A stretch of 64,000 nt of DNA from Desulfobaccales bacterium (GCA_049696835.1 JBAVUP010000128.1:25085-89084); one strand, 5' to 3'; shown: positions 11,752 to 21,721, counted from the stretch's first letter. A program made the numbers and translations. Notes: a model not told the origin generated them from the letters alone.

Positions 11752-12282
11752 ATGTTCATGTCTCGCGGCAACTGCGGAATCTGCGTGCTGGCCTTGGCTC
11801 TGGCCCTGGCCCTGGTGGGCGCCGGCTGGGCCCAAACTACCAAACCCATTTCACCTGACCATGCTATCCTTTATAACCGGGCGGTCTCGCTCCTGGACCA
11901 GGCCCAAGAGAAATTAAAGGCTGGCGATCTGGCCGCGGCAAAGTCAGCGGTAAAACAGTCCAATTCCTTATTTACGCTCCTGCAGAAGGAATACGCCTCC
12001 GTGCTGGCGGAGCGCGAGCTCTCCCCTCAGGAGGACCAGCAACTGGCTATCGACCAAAAGCTGGCCGACGACACCCACGCCCAGGCGGATCGCCTGATGG
12101 CAACCGCCGCCGCCCGGGAAAAGAAAGCCCAGGAGCTTGAGGCGCAGGGACGGGAGGCGGACTCCAAAGCTTCCTATCGTCAGTCCAGGGACAGATACCA
12201 TCGGGCCCAAAATCTCTATGTCAGGTCGGAGCTTCAGGCCCTGCGCAATCAGCAGAGGATCTTTCGCTTCCTGGCTCCTTGA
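11752..12282 (+). CDS. Secreted helical/coiled-coil protein, unknown function
   Basis: Start moved to ATG 11752, after a GAGGGGA SD. Signal peptide CVLALALALALVGAGWAQ. The rest is charged and helical. Confidence 0.55.
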   Translation: MFMSRGNCGICVLALALALALVGAGWAQTTKPISPDHAILYNRAVSLLDQAQEKLKAGDLAAAKSAVKQSNSLFTLLQKEYASVLAERELSPQEDQQLAIDQKLADDTHAQADRLMATAAAREKKAQELEAQGREADSKASYRQSRDRYHRAQNLYVRSELQALRNQQRIFRFLAP

Positions 12283-12325
12283 TTTTCTTAAGGCTTATTA
12301 GCGGAGCCGTCAACCGAAAGGCACC

Positions 12326-12481
12326 ATGATCAGGTCCCTCAAAGATTTTTTTCGAGGCCTTGGGGTCTCGCAAGCCCCTCGTTTTCAGCACCTCCAGATG
12401 GAAGTGACCACCCGCTGCGATCTTCCCGGCTGCTTGATGTGCCCCCGGCGCGCCTGGGGCTGGGGGTTGGGTCCCCCTTAG
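12326..12481 (+). pseudogene. Truncated N-terminal fragment of a radical SAM gene
   Basis: Hand translation: MIRSLKDFFRGLGVSQAPRFQHLQMEVTTRCDLPGCLMCPRRAWGWGLGPP*. This resembles a radical SAM cluster loop, and the ORF then stops at a compositional break. Confidence 0.4.
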
Positions 12482-12665
12482 GATCATTGATATGCATTGT
12501 TAGTGACGATGAGCGATTCGACCGCGCCACCCTTGGCAATCATTAAAATGCTGATAAGGGGACCGGCAGGAACTGGGGCTAACTTAGATTCCCTGGCCGT
12601 CTTATAGAAGACCTCGTGGCCCCCACGACACTGCCGCCCAACTGCCTGCGGAAACTAAGGATAAC

Positions 12666-13253
12666 TTAATTGTTTGAGGTGTTATTGAACAAGGCGTTAA
12701 ACCCCAGAAATCCCAGTCGGAAAGCCGGGTGGCCCCATTTATATCTTGGATAGATGGGCCGGAATTCTAAGGTATAGGATTTGCCCTCCTGCAAGTTGAC
12801 GGTCACCGTTTTGGCATAATTCTCTTCGGGAACGCCAAAAAATATCCGATGCGTTCCGGCCCGCAGCCGGATTCGCTTCTCCAGCCCATATTTCATGCCG
12901 TCGCCCTCATCTTGGGAATCCCGGTCTTTCACCACCGGGAGGTTCTCCCGTTGGCCGGGGACTTTCCAGGTGACCGCCTGGCCGTCAACATTCACCGTGA
13001 AATGGTAGAAAGGCCCGCCATGGGCAGAACTCCCGGACTCCAGGAGATATTCCCCCGGCAAGTGAGTTTTAAGGGAAGCCTTGACGACCACGTCCGCAAA
13101 CCTGGCGGGTGGTCCCTCGGCGGTGGACACCTCCTGAAAGACCCCCTCCCGCTCAGTTATTGATTGAGTCCGAATCTGTTCCCGGGCCGCGCCGCAATTT
13201 GCTAATAAGACCGCCAGGGAAAGCGTCAGAACCAGGTGCACCATGTTCTTCAT
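12666..13253 (-). CDS. Lipoprotein of unknown function, last gene of the metal RND operon
   Basis: Start moved to ATG 13253, after an AAGGAG SD. Lipobox LLANC in MKNMVHLVLTLSLAVLLANCG. Confidence 0.65.
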   Translation of the reverse strand: MKNMVHLVLTLSLAVLLANCGAAREQIRTQSITEREGVFQEVSTAEGPPARFADVVVKASLKTHLPGEYLLESGSSAHGGPFYHFTVNVDGQAVTWKVPGQRENLPVVKDRDSQDEGDGMKYGLEKRIRLRAGTHRIFFGVPEENYAKTVTVNLQEGKSYTLEFRPIYPRYKWGHPAFRLGFLGFNALFNNTSNN

Positions 13254-13321
13254 GGTACTTCTCCTTGACGCCTTGATGTCAGCGTCTCTTGCTTTTACCG
13301 GGTTCATCCCGGATTTTCCTC

Positions 13322-16300
13322 TTATGATTCCGTCCCCGGCTCGGCGAACCAACGGTAGAGCACCGGCAGGACCACCAGGGTGAGCAGGGTGGCGGTAAAT
13401 AGACCGCCGACTACGACGACCGCCAGGGGCCGCTGCACTTCGGAGCCCGGCCCGGTGGCGAAGAGCAGAGGCGTGAGCCCCAGGATGGCCACCAGCGCGG
13501 TCATGAGCACGGGCCTGAGGCGCCGCTCGCAGCCCTGGCGCACGGCTTCATCCAGTGAGAGGCCGCTTTCCCGGAGTTGGTTGATCTGCGAAACCAGCAC
13601 CACGCCGTTCAGGACCGCCACCCCAAAGAGGGCGATAAAACCCACCGCGGCGGGGACGCTCAGATAGAGGCCGGTGATCAGCAGCCCCAAAATACCACCC
13701 ATAAGGGCCAGAGGCAGGTTCAGCATGATCAGGCCGGCGTAACGGAGCGACCCGAAGGTTAGGAAGAGCAGCAGGTAAATCAGGGCCAGGGTGACGGGCA
13801 CAATGAGCAGGAGACGCTGCATGGCCCGTGCCTGGTTCTCGAAGGTGCCGCCCCAGGTGGTATAGTAGCCCGGCGGCAGGGACAGGCGGGACGACAGCAA
13901 CTTTTGTCCGTCGGCCACCACGCTGCCGGTGTCCCGGCCTTTGATGTTGAACTCCACCACGATGCGGCGGCGGGCATTATCCCGGCTGATCTGCAGCGGC
14001 CCCTCGGCCTCGGTGATCTCGGCCAACTCCGCCAGGGGGACGGACCCTCCCCCCGGAGTCGCCACCAGAATGTTGCCAATGGCCTCAGGACTGTTGCGCC
14101 GCTCTTCCGGGAAGCGCACCACCACCTCAACGCGTACCTGGCCCTCAATGATCTCCGTGGCCGCCTTGCCGCCCACCGCGGTTTCAATGACCTCCTGCAC
14201 GTCGGCCACGCTGAGGCCGTAACGGGCCAACCGGCGTCGGTCGATCTTGATATTGAGATTCGGCATGCCGGCTACCTGCTCGGCCCGGAGGTCGGTGACC
14301 CCAGGCACCGTCCGGAGAAGGGCGGCCGCCTCTTCGGCCTTGGCCCGGAGCAGGTTCATATCATCCCCGAAAATCTTCACCGCCACCTGGGATTTGACCC
14401 CGGAAACGAGGTGATCCACCCGGTGGGCGATGGGCTGGGAAAAGTTGTAGGTGACGCCGGGAATCTTCTCTAATTCCAGCCGCATCTTGGCGATCAACTC
14501 CTCGACGGTGCGGGCGGTGCGCCACTGACTCCGGGGCTTGAGCACCACGATGGGTTCGCTGGATTCCACCCCATGCGATTCTGTGGCAATCTCGGCGGCG
14601 CCGATCTTGGAAACCACGGACTCCACCTCGGGGAATTTTAAGAGGGCCTGCTGCATCTGGCGTTCCATCTCCACCGACTGGGACAGGGAGACCGAGGGCA
14701 AACGAATCGTGACATTGGTGATGTAGCCTTCATCCATTCGGGGGATAAACTCGGTACCCAGAAAGGGCACGGCGGCCACAGACAGCGCCAATAGGCCCCC
14801 GGCGCCCAGCAGCACGGTCTTGCGGTTCTCCAGAGCCAGGGCCAGCACCGGACGGTAAACCCGCTGGGCCGCCCGCACCAGGAAGCTGAGGCGCTCCGGC
14901 GCCGGCTTGAGCATATACGAGCACAGGGACGGAATCGCCACGATGGAAAGCACCAGGGAGGCCAGGAGGGCGATGACCACGGTGAAGGCCAGGGGCGCGA
15001 ACATTTTCCCCTCCATGCCTTGCAGGGTCATAATGGGCAGAAACGTCAAGGCAATGATCAACTCTCCGAAGAGGCTGGGTTTGCGCACTTCCAGGACGGC
15101 GTTGAGCACCGTAAGGCCGAAGTTCCCGCCGGGCCCCATCTCTCCCAGGCGGTGCATGACGTTTTCCACCTGAATGATGGTGCTGTCCACGATCATACCG
15201 ATGGAGATGGCCAGGCCTCCCAGGGACATGAGGTTGGCCGACAGCCCCACCTGCCGCATGGCGATGAAGGTGGCCAGCGCCACCAGGGGCAGGGTCAGGG
15301 CGATGACCAACGCCCCCCGGAAGCTGCGGAGGAACAGGTAAACCACCAGGATCACCAGGAGGACGCCCTCGGCGATGGCCCGGCCGACGGTGTTGATGCA
15401 GTCCCGGACCAAACCGGTGCGGTCATAGAAGGCCTTGAGCGTCACCCCCTTGGGGAGGATGCCGCCGGCGTTCAATTGCGCGACCTTTTCCTTGACCGCA
15501 GCTACCACTTCCCGGCCGCTGCCGCCCCGGATCATCAAGACGATGCCAGCCACGGCTTCCCGTTTGCCGTTCTCCAGAACCGCCCCCCATCGGCTGGCCG
15601 GACCTTCGCTCACCGTGGCCACGTCCTTGACCAGCACCGGGGTGCCGTTGACCTCCTTGAGCACCACCTCTTCAATATCCTGGATGGATTGCATCAGGCC
15701 GAGGCCCCTGACCAGGGCCTGCTCGCTACCCTTCTCCAGGATGTTGCCGCCGGCATTGGCATTGCTGGCAGCCAGGGCGCTGAAAACGTGTTTAAGGCTG
15801 AGATCGAATTTCCGCAGCCGGTCAGGGTCCACCTGCACCTGGTATTGTTTGACGTAGCCGCCGAAAGAGTTGATGTCAGTGACGCCGGGCACGGTTTTCA
15901 AAAAAGGCCGGACAATGGCGTCCTGGATGGTGCGCAGACGCATGAGGCGGGCGGTCTCCTGACCGGGTGCGGCCGGCGGCGGGGCGTTCTCCTCTTCCAG
16001 GGTGTATTGATAGATTTCGCTCAGGCCGGTGGCGATGGGGCCCAGTACCGGCTCTACGCCCCTGGGCAATTTCTCCTTGGCGGCGATGAGGCGCTCCAAC
16101 ACCAGTTGCCGGGCAAAATACAGGTCCACTTGGTCGGCGAAGACCACGGTGATCAGGGACAACCCGAAGCGGGAGACGGAGCGAAGCTCTGCCATATCGG
16201 GCAGCCCAGCCATCTGCACCTCGATGGGGAAAGTGACCTGCTTTTCCACTTCTTCGGGAGACATACCGGGCCAGGTGGTATAGACCTGCACCTGGACGTT

Positions 16301-16429
16301 GGTGACGTCCGGGAAGGCGTCCACCTGGAGCTTCAGCGACGCATAAACCCCGTAGGCCACCAGTCCTGCCAGGGCCACGAGGACCAGGAAGCGATGCCGC
16401 AGGCAGCTCTGAATGATTCGTTCAATCAT
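13322..16429 (-). CDS. Heavy-metal efflux RND permease (CzcA/CusA family)
   Basis: 1035 aa with typical N-terminus MIERIIQSCLRHRFLVLV. 12-TM RND layout; follows MFP and OMF genes. Confidence 0.92.
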   Translation of the reverse strand: MIERIIQSCLRHRFLVLVALAGLVAYGVYASLKLQVDAFPDVTNVQVQVYTTWPGMSPEEVEKQVTFPIEVQMAGLPDMAELRSVSRFGLSLITVVFADQVDLYFARQLVLERLIAAKEKLPRGVEPVLGPIATGLSEIYQYTLEEENAPPPAAPGQETARLMRLRTIQDAIVRPFLKTVPGVTDINSFGGYVKQYQVQVDPDRLRKFDLSLKHVFSALAASNANAGGNILEKGSEQALVRGLGLMQSIQDIEEVVLKEVNGTPVLVKDVATVSEGPASRWGAVLENGKREAVAGIVLMIRGGSGREVVAAVKEKVAQLNAGGILPKGVTLKAFYDRTGLVRDCINTVGRAIAEGVLLVILVVYLFLRSFRGALVIALTLPLVALATFIAMRQVGLSANLMSLGGLAISIGMIVDSTIIQVENVMHRLGEMGPGGNFGLTVLNAVLEVRKPSLFGELIIALTFLPIMTLQGMEGKMFAPLAFTVVIALLASLVLSIVAIPSLCSYMLKPAPERLSFLVRAAQRVYRPVLALALENRKTVLLGAGGLLALSVAAVPFLGTEFIPRMDEGYITNVTIRLPSVSLSQSVEMERQMQQALLKFPEVESVVSKIGAAEIATESHGVESSEPIVVLKPRSQWRTARTVEELIAKMRLELEKIPGVTYNFSQPIAHRVDHLVSGVKSQVAVKIFGDDMNLLRAKAEEAAALLRTVPGVTDLRAEQVAGMPNLNIKIDRRRLARYGLSVADVQEVIETAVGGKAATEIIEGQVRVEVVVRFPEERRNSPEAIGNILVATPGGGSVPLAELAEITEAEGPLQISRDNARRRIVVEFNIKGRDTGSVVADGQKLLSSRLSLPPGYYTTWGGTFENQARAMQRLLLIVPVTLALIYLLLFLTFGSLRYAGLIMLNLPLALMGGILGLLITGLYLSVPAAVGFIALFGVAVLNGVVLVSQINQLRESGLSLDEAVRQGCERRLRPVLMTALVAILGLTPLLFATGPGSEVQRPLAVVVVGGLFTATLLTLVVLPVLYRWFAEPGTES

Positions 16430-16452
16430 CTTCAGTCTCCTTGCGGCTTAAT

Positions 16453-17700
16453 TCAGTGAGAGTGGCCATGCCCGTCGTCCATGACGCCCCGACCGGAAGC
16501 CTTCTCCAGTTCGGATTTCAGGGTAAAGCCCCCGTGCACCACCACCCGCTCATCCTCCTCTAGACCTTCCAGCACTTCCACGCGACCCCCACCTTTTGCT
16601 CCTGTCTTGATAAGATGCTTCCGGTAGGTGCCGGGAGCCATTTCCCCGAAGACAAAGAGATCGCCATTGGCGGCCAGGACTGCGGTTTCTGGAACGCTCA
16701 GGACGGTGCGCTGGCCCACCCGGACGGCGATATTGGCGAACATCCCGGACTTGAGGCGGTTTTGAGTATTATCCACCCGCACCCGGCCTCGAACGGTCCG
16801 GGTGGCTTTGTCCACCATGTCGGCCAGGAAATCCACCCGGCCCGGAAATTCCTCCCGGGACAAGGAGTTGACGGTTATGGTCGCCTGGGAACCGGCGTTC
16901 ACTAAAGGCAAATCCTTCTCGGGGATCTGGACGAAGCACCACAGCGCGGAGGTATCGGCCACGGTGAAGAGTTCCTCGTCTTCCTTGACTACCAGGCCGG
17001 GGGTGATTTTACGGTCCACCACCCGGCCGGCGATAGGAGTGCGCAGGGCGAAGATCGCGCCGGACCGGGAGCCTTTCGGCAAAGAGGCGGGCGCGGCGCC
17101 GCCGCCCCCCAGGAGGCGGAGGTGGTTTTGAGCATAATCCAGATCGGCCCGCTCGACTTCCAGCCGGGCCTGGCGCTCCTGGAGTTCGGCCCGGCTGATG
17201 GCCTTGCCCTCATAAAGCTGGCGGGCCCGGTCATAGGCCTTTTGGGCGGCGTTGCATCTGGCTGCGGCTTGCCGGGAGGCCATCTGAGCTTGCCCCAGTT
17301 CAACGCTGTCGATGATCGCCAGAACATCTCCCGGCTTCACCGCTTGCCCGTAGTCCGCGACGATCTGCACCACCCGTCCCGGCACCCGGGAGCGGATTTT
17401 TGCCAGGCGCTCTTCGTTGAAGACCAGTTCCCCAGTAAATAACACCTGGTTTTCCAAGGAGCCAAGGACCACGGGGGCCGTCTCGATTTTGGCCTGCTGC
17501 ACCGCCTCCGGGGTCAGCTTCACCTGACCAGGCACCGGCGCCTCGGGTTCTTTCGCAGCGGCATGTTGGGTATGGTCGTGGTCAGCATGTTGATCGTGTT
17601 CGTGCCGCTCATAGATGTGCCACCCCAGGAGGCCCGCGGCACTCAGGGCGGCCACCATGATTACCAGCCACCGGGTCTTGGTCAAACGCACCTGCATCAC
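16453..17700 (-). CDS. RND periplasmic adaptor (MFP, CzcB/CusB-like) with His-rich termini
   Basis: N-terminal TM, then HEHDQHADHDHTQH. C-terminal DDGHGHSH. Lipoyl/beta-barrel MFP core. Confidence 0.85.
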   Translation of the reverse strand: MMQVRLTKTRWLVIMVAALSAAGLLGWHIYERHEHDQHADHDHTQHAAAKEPEAPVPGQVKLTPEAVQQAKIETAPVVLGSLENQVLFTGELVFNEERLAKIRSRVPGRVVQIVADYGQAVKPGDVLAIIDSVELGQAQMASRQAAARCNAAQKAYDRARQLYEGKAISRAELQERQARLEVERADLDYAQNHLRLLGGGGAAPASLPKGSRSGAIFALRTPIAGRVVDRKITPGLVVKEDEELFTVADTSALWCFVQIPEKDLPLVNAGSQATITVNSLSREEFPGRVDFLADMVDKATRTVRGRVRVDNTQNRLKSGMFANIAVRVGQRTVLSVPETAVLAANGDLFVFGEMAPGTYRKHLIKTGAKGGGRVEVLEGLEEDERVVVHGGFTLKSELEKASGRGVMDDGHGHSH

Positions 17701-18938
17701 TTGGCACCTCCCCCAGCCAGCCGCCAGAGTTCCACCCGAGCCAGGCGGTAATCCAACAGGGCCTTGTAGTAGTCCTGTTCTGTTCCCCGATAAACCCGCC
17801 GGGAATCCAGGAGTTCCAGCAGGCTGGTTTCACCGTGCGCATAGCTGAACTGAGCCACCCGGAGAGATTCCGCCGCCTCTTTTAGGATAGCGATCTGGAA
17901 GGACTCCACCTGCCGCCGGGCCGTTTCATAGAGGCTGTATTGGGCGGCCAGCTTGGTTTCCAGGTCTTGTTTGAGAAGTCGGAGTTCGGAGTCGGCCTGG
18001 CTTTTGGCGGCTGCGGCCTTGGCTACTTCGCCTTCCTTGCGGTTCCACAAGGGGAGGGGGATGCTGAGACCGCCGCCGGTGGCCCGCAGGTCCACATCCT
18101 GGGTGTGGAAAAACTTCACCGTTACATCCGGCACCCAGGCCTGGCGCTCTGCTCCCAGGGTGCTCTCGGCCTGGCGGACTTGAGCTTCCTGAGCCGCCAG
18201 CAGGGGATGAAAGGCAAAGGCCGCTTCCTGCCAGCGTTTCAGGGGCACAAAGGGCTCAAGCACATTGGCTTCCGCGGACAGGGCAAAATCGGCGGGCAAG
18301 CCGCTGCCCAGGAATTGCCGGATGACCTGCCGGTCTCCCGCCAGGGTGGTTTTGGCCTTGTCATGTTCCCTTTCCAGAGAGAAAAATTCCACCCGAGCCT
18401 TGACCAGTTCGATGGGTCGGCTTTCCCCCAGGCGGACCCGTTTTTCGGCAATATCCAGAAGGGTTTTGGCCGAGTTCAGGTTTTCCGCGGCAATCCTCAC
18501 CAATTGCTCGTCGGCCAGGACCCGATAATAGAGTTCCCGGCAGCGGGCGCGAATGTTGATCTGTTCCTGGGTGAGTTTCTGTTGGGCCGAGTTAATGCCG
18601 AAGCGGGCGGCCTCCTGCTTCTTCCCCCGGCGTCCAGGCCACTCAATGGTCTGGGACAGGCCGATGGTGTAGCCGGTGCCATACGTTCCCCCCTCCAGGG
18701 CCTTTTGGCTGCTTAACAAACCTTCCACCTCCGGATTGGGGTACTGATGGGCGATGCTGAGTTCCGCTTCACTCTTCTTGATCTCCGCCCCGGCAACTTT
18801 CAGGGCCGGATGTGTTTTCGAGACCATCTCTTCCAGTTCCGGGAGAGAATAGGTCCGGGGGCCGGCCATAGCTCCACCGGACCAGAGGGGGGCCAAACAA
18901 AGGACCACCCCAACAGCAATCCACATGAGGTTCACCAC
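17697..18938 (-). CDS. TolC-family outer membrane factor (CzcC-like)
   Basis: Signal peptide followed by two repeated coiled-coil/beta-barrel halves. 4-nt overlap with the MFP gene. Exact start (GTG 18938/18935 or ATG 18926) is uncertain. Confidence 0.85.
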   Translation of the reverse strand: MVNLMWIAVGVVLCLAPLWSGGAMAGPRTYSLPELEEMVSKTHPALKVAGAEIKKSEAELSIAHQYPNPEVEGLLSSQKALEGGTYGTGYTIGLSQTIEWPGRRGKKQEAARFGINSAQQKLTQEQINIRARCRELYYRVLADEQLVRIAAENLNSAKTLLDIAEKRVRLGESRPIELVKARVEFFSLEREHDKAKTTLAGDRQVIRQFLGSGLPADFALSAEANVLEPFVPLKRWQEAAFAFHPLLAAQEAQVRQAESTLGAERQAWVPDVTVKFFHTQDVDLRATGGGLSIPLPLWNRKEGEVAKAAAAKSQADSELRLLKQDLETKLAAQYSLYETARRQVESFQIAILKEAAESLRVAQFSYAHGETSLLELLDSRRVYRGTEQDYYKALLDYRLARVELWRLAGGGAK

Positions 18939-19009
18939 ACACCTCCGTTGCCACGCGCGTGACTACTGAAATTAATTGCAGAAAAACAGATTAAAGGAGA
19001 TGAAAGGGG

Positions 19010-19297
19010 CTAGGCCCGGGGGGGACGGAAAATGCTGGAGGCAAAGATTCTTAGCGTAGGCTGCTCTTCGATGGCATGATATGGTGAGACGGAGTGTCTG
19101 ACTATCGGTACGGGGTTGGCCACGGCAAGGAGAGGCATCGAGTGGCCGCCGCAGCATTCGCTGTGGGTGCAATTCCCGTCGCACCTATGGCCGCCGTCGG
19201 CATGGCAGGTATGAACCATCGCCAACACCAGCACCGGCAGGAGGACGAGTCCCACGAGCACCATGCCCAGACTGCGGGAGCCTCTCGAGAATTTCAT
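19010..19297 (-). CDS. Small exported Cys/His-rich protein at the head of the metal RND operon
   Basis: Hydrophobic leader LGMVLVGLVLLPVLVLAMV, then HTCHADGGHRCDGNCTHSECCGGH. No clear SD; a promoter-like TTGACA-N17-TATCTA ends ~8 nt before the ATG. Confidence 0.5.
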   Translation of the reverse strand: MKFSRGSRSLGMVLVGLVLLPVLVLAMVHTCHADGGHRCDGNCTHSECCGGHSMPLLAVANPVPIVRHSVSPYHAIEEQPTLRIFASSIFRPPRA

Positions 19298-19582
19298 AGG
19301 GGTAATAGATAATCTTTCTTTAATCTTTTGTCAAGTAATATTATTTTTTGCAACGAAGAAGGAGTCAGATTTTCTTCTAATTCCTTGAAATTCCTTGGCG
19401 GGCGATAACGGTGATCTTGCCAGATTTTGCAATTATCACCGGAATGAGGAAAATTGCAGTTATGATCTCCATAACGAAAGAGATTTGCCTGCTCAAGTCT
19501 TGCCGATTATAGATAATCAACCTTTGGGGTCCCTGATCATTGGTATTCCTCTCTACCGCCGGCATAGTCATTATAATGCAAA

Positions 19583-20211
19583 TTATAGATTTCTTTTTTC
19601 AATCTTCATTTTGATAGCCTCATAAACCTTCGCTGTCGGCATCACAAAAAGATAATTGCCCTCGCTGCGCTTCTCCCAAAGCTCACCCAGGGCCTTCTTT
19701 TCCATGGCATCTTCATTCATCAAGTGTTCGCCCTTGTATTCAACCACCAGATAGCGTCCGTCCTTGAGTTTGCAGACAAAGTCGGGATAGAACTTGTCCG
19801 TGGAGGTCTGGAGCCAGAAAGCATGGCTGGGGCGCCGGCATTCAGCAGGACGGTTCATCAGCGCGAATCGCAGAGCTTTAACGGAAAGTTAGTCAATCCC
19901 ATTTCGGATTTGGGAAACTTTGGGGTCCAAGGCTGAAAGAGTCGCCAGGTTTTCAATTTTTTCCTTGAGTTCTTCGGGAAGGTCTAATTGTCTTTGGTTG
20001 AGTGGTGGAAAATCCGGGCTGAAATTTTTCAACTTACCGCCTCCTGTTGCGGAAGTCCTGGTGGGGTTCCGGGGAAGGCGACCAGGATTTCCGCCTTGTC
20101 GGGATCGGGGATCAGCCGCCCCCTATCCCCGGAAACTTTCAGTTCGTGGGTTGTGGCCTGGCAGAAAACCACTTGGCGCCGTGTGGTTTCCCTCAGGCTA
20201 CTGAAGCTCAA
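19583..20211 (-). pseudogene. Decayed C-terminal part of a type III-restriction/helicase-associated PD-(D/E)xK nuclease gene
   Basis: Three collinear pieces are separated by one frameshift (~20029) and one in-frame TAA (~19888). The last piece has FYPDFVCKLKDGRYLVVEYKGEHL...KKALGELWEKRSEGNYLFVM. Confidence 0.55.
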
Positions 20212-20473
20212 TAGGTAGTGGGGCCTCTGGTATTTCTCCCGCCGTGGTCTTGAGCTTCTTATCAGTTAGGTCGTTCAGGACATCCATAGCTTCGCGGGCA
20301 AGGTCGTCAATTTGCATAGCGACTTCCTCCACTGATACACTGGAGAGTTCTTCGTTGCAGTTTGCGGCATAATAGAGGATGTCTGCTAAACCTTGAATCC
20401 GGAATAGTTTCTTCCAGAGTCGGCCCTGTGGCTCCTCTCCCTCGATTATTGTGGTAGAATCTTTCTCAGCCAT
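20198..20473 (-). CDS. Hypothetical acidic protein (91 aa)
   Basis: ORF only; lies downstream of the integrase inside the islet. Confidence 0.4.
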   Translation of the reverse strand: MAEKDSTTIIEGEEPQGRLWKKLFRIQGLADILYYAANCNEELSSVSVEEVAMQIDDLAREAMDVLNDLTDKKLKTTAGEIPEAPLPIELQ

Positions 20474-20584
20474 GACATGAACCTCCTATGCAGGTTTGTG
20501 ATGTGGTGAGGGCCGGTTTTGGGTGGTGTTGCACCCGGCCGGCCCGCTATTTCCTGGCCCCCAAGGGGCCGGATAGCCGTGCCC

Positions 20585-21721
20585 TTATTCCTCTCCCCTC
20601 AAGTTGGCAATCTTTGATTTATTCCCGTTAATGACCTGCTCCAGCAAATCCCCGGCAAGGTCTGAGGCCCGCCGTAGGGCTTCGTCTCTCAGGTGGGCGT
20701 ACCGCTGCGTCATGGAGACGCTTTTGTGGGTCAGGAGCCGTTGCAGGACGTAGAGGTCCACTTGCCCCGAAGATGCCAGCATGGAAGCGTAGACGTGCCT
20801 CAGGCCATGAAGCGGCCGGAAGTCCGGAGGCAACCCGGCTTCTTCACGGATTGCGTCAATGCGCTTCGGGATTCTAGTTCTCTGCCGGCCACCGCGTCCG
20901 GGGAACACTTGAAGGCTATCGGTCCGGGGGTGGGTAAAAAGGATTTCCCGCGCCGCCTGGTTCATAGGGATAACCATATCCTTGCCGCCTTTTGGCCCCC
21001 GGATATGGATAAACTCCTTGTCGAAATCAATGTCCTGCCACTGGAGCTTGAATAGCTCTCCCCGCCTCATGCCGGTAAACAGGGCCATCCTCATAAAATT
21101 GGCGGCCTGAATGTCGGGTTCCTGGTCAATGGCCTCCATCAAGGCTTGAAGTTGCTCTGGGTTCAGATCCTCTGTTTTGATATTGTTCACCCGGGGAAAT
21201 TCGATCTTAAAGGCAAGGCCATGGCATAAACCCTTCTTCACCCCGAAATTAACTATCCGCGCCAGTAACTGTAAAACGTGCTTGACGGTCTGAGGTTGTA
21301 AGGTTTTGGATAGGCCAATCCGCAGCCGGTGAACGTCTATCTGTGCAATGGCTTTCGGCTCTTTGCCCCCGAGGCCGGACCGCAAGAATTTCTGATAACG
21401 GTAACGGTCTGTGCGCCATCCTTTAGTATCGGGCTTATGGGCCACGTACTCCTGCCACAACCGGTCGACCGTCCACCTAATTTCTGCCGCCGCCTCTCGA
21501 ATCTCTTTCCGGGACTGCCGCTTGCCCTCGATGCGCTCTGCCCTGATCCTGGCGGCCCGGGCCGGTGTCATGTCATCGGCGTACTGGCGGCCTACCTTTT
21601 CCTCATGGACCTTGCCGACCCTCTTGAACACGATGTAATAGACCCGCTCCAACCCTTTGCCGGCGATCCGCTCGGCCTCCCGGTAAAACACTCCCGGGTA
21701 ACTGGTCTTGTGGCGCTTCAT
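20585..21721 (-). CDS. Tyrosine recombinase / phage-type integrase
   Basis: C-terminal catalytic region HGLRHVYASMLASSG...LLTHKSVSMTQRYAHL (R..H-x-x-R..Y). Confidence 0.9.
   Translation of the reverse strand: MKRHKTSYPGVFYREAERIAGKGLERVYYIVFKRVGKVHEEKVGRQYADDMTPARAARIRAERIEGKRQSRKEIREAAAEIRWTVDRLWQEYVAHKPDTKGWRTDRYRYQKFLRSGLGGKEPKAIAQIDVHRLRIGLSKTLQPQTVKHVLQLLARIVNFGVKKGLCHGLAFKIEFPRVNNIKTEDLNPEQLQALMEAIDQEPDIQAANFMRMALFTGMRRGELFKLQWQDIDFDKEFIHIRGPKGGKDMVIPMNQAAREILFTHPRTDSLQVFPGRGGRQRTRIPKRIDAIREEAGLPPDFRPLHGLRHVYASMLASSGQVDLYVLQRLLTHKSVSMTQRYAHLRDEALRRASDLAGDLLEQVINGNKSKIANLRGEE

Noticed and set aside
15020-16459. 479-aa plus-strand ORF antisense to the CzcA/CusA-like gene (and similar ones at 13904-14473 and 17940-18716)
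   Set aside because: Same shadow-ORF pattern. No recognisable motifs, and the opposite strand encodes full-length, motif-rich efflux proteins.
19377-19571. 64-aa minus-strand ORF (and the overlapping 76-aa plus-strand ORF) in the AT-rich islet edge
   Set aside because: No SD, no motifs, and random ORFs are common in AT-rich DNA. It may just be decayed sequence downstream of the nuclease pseudogene.
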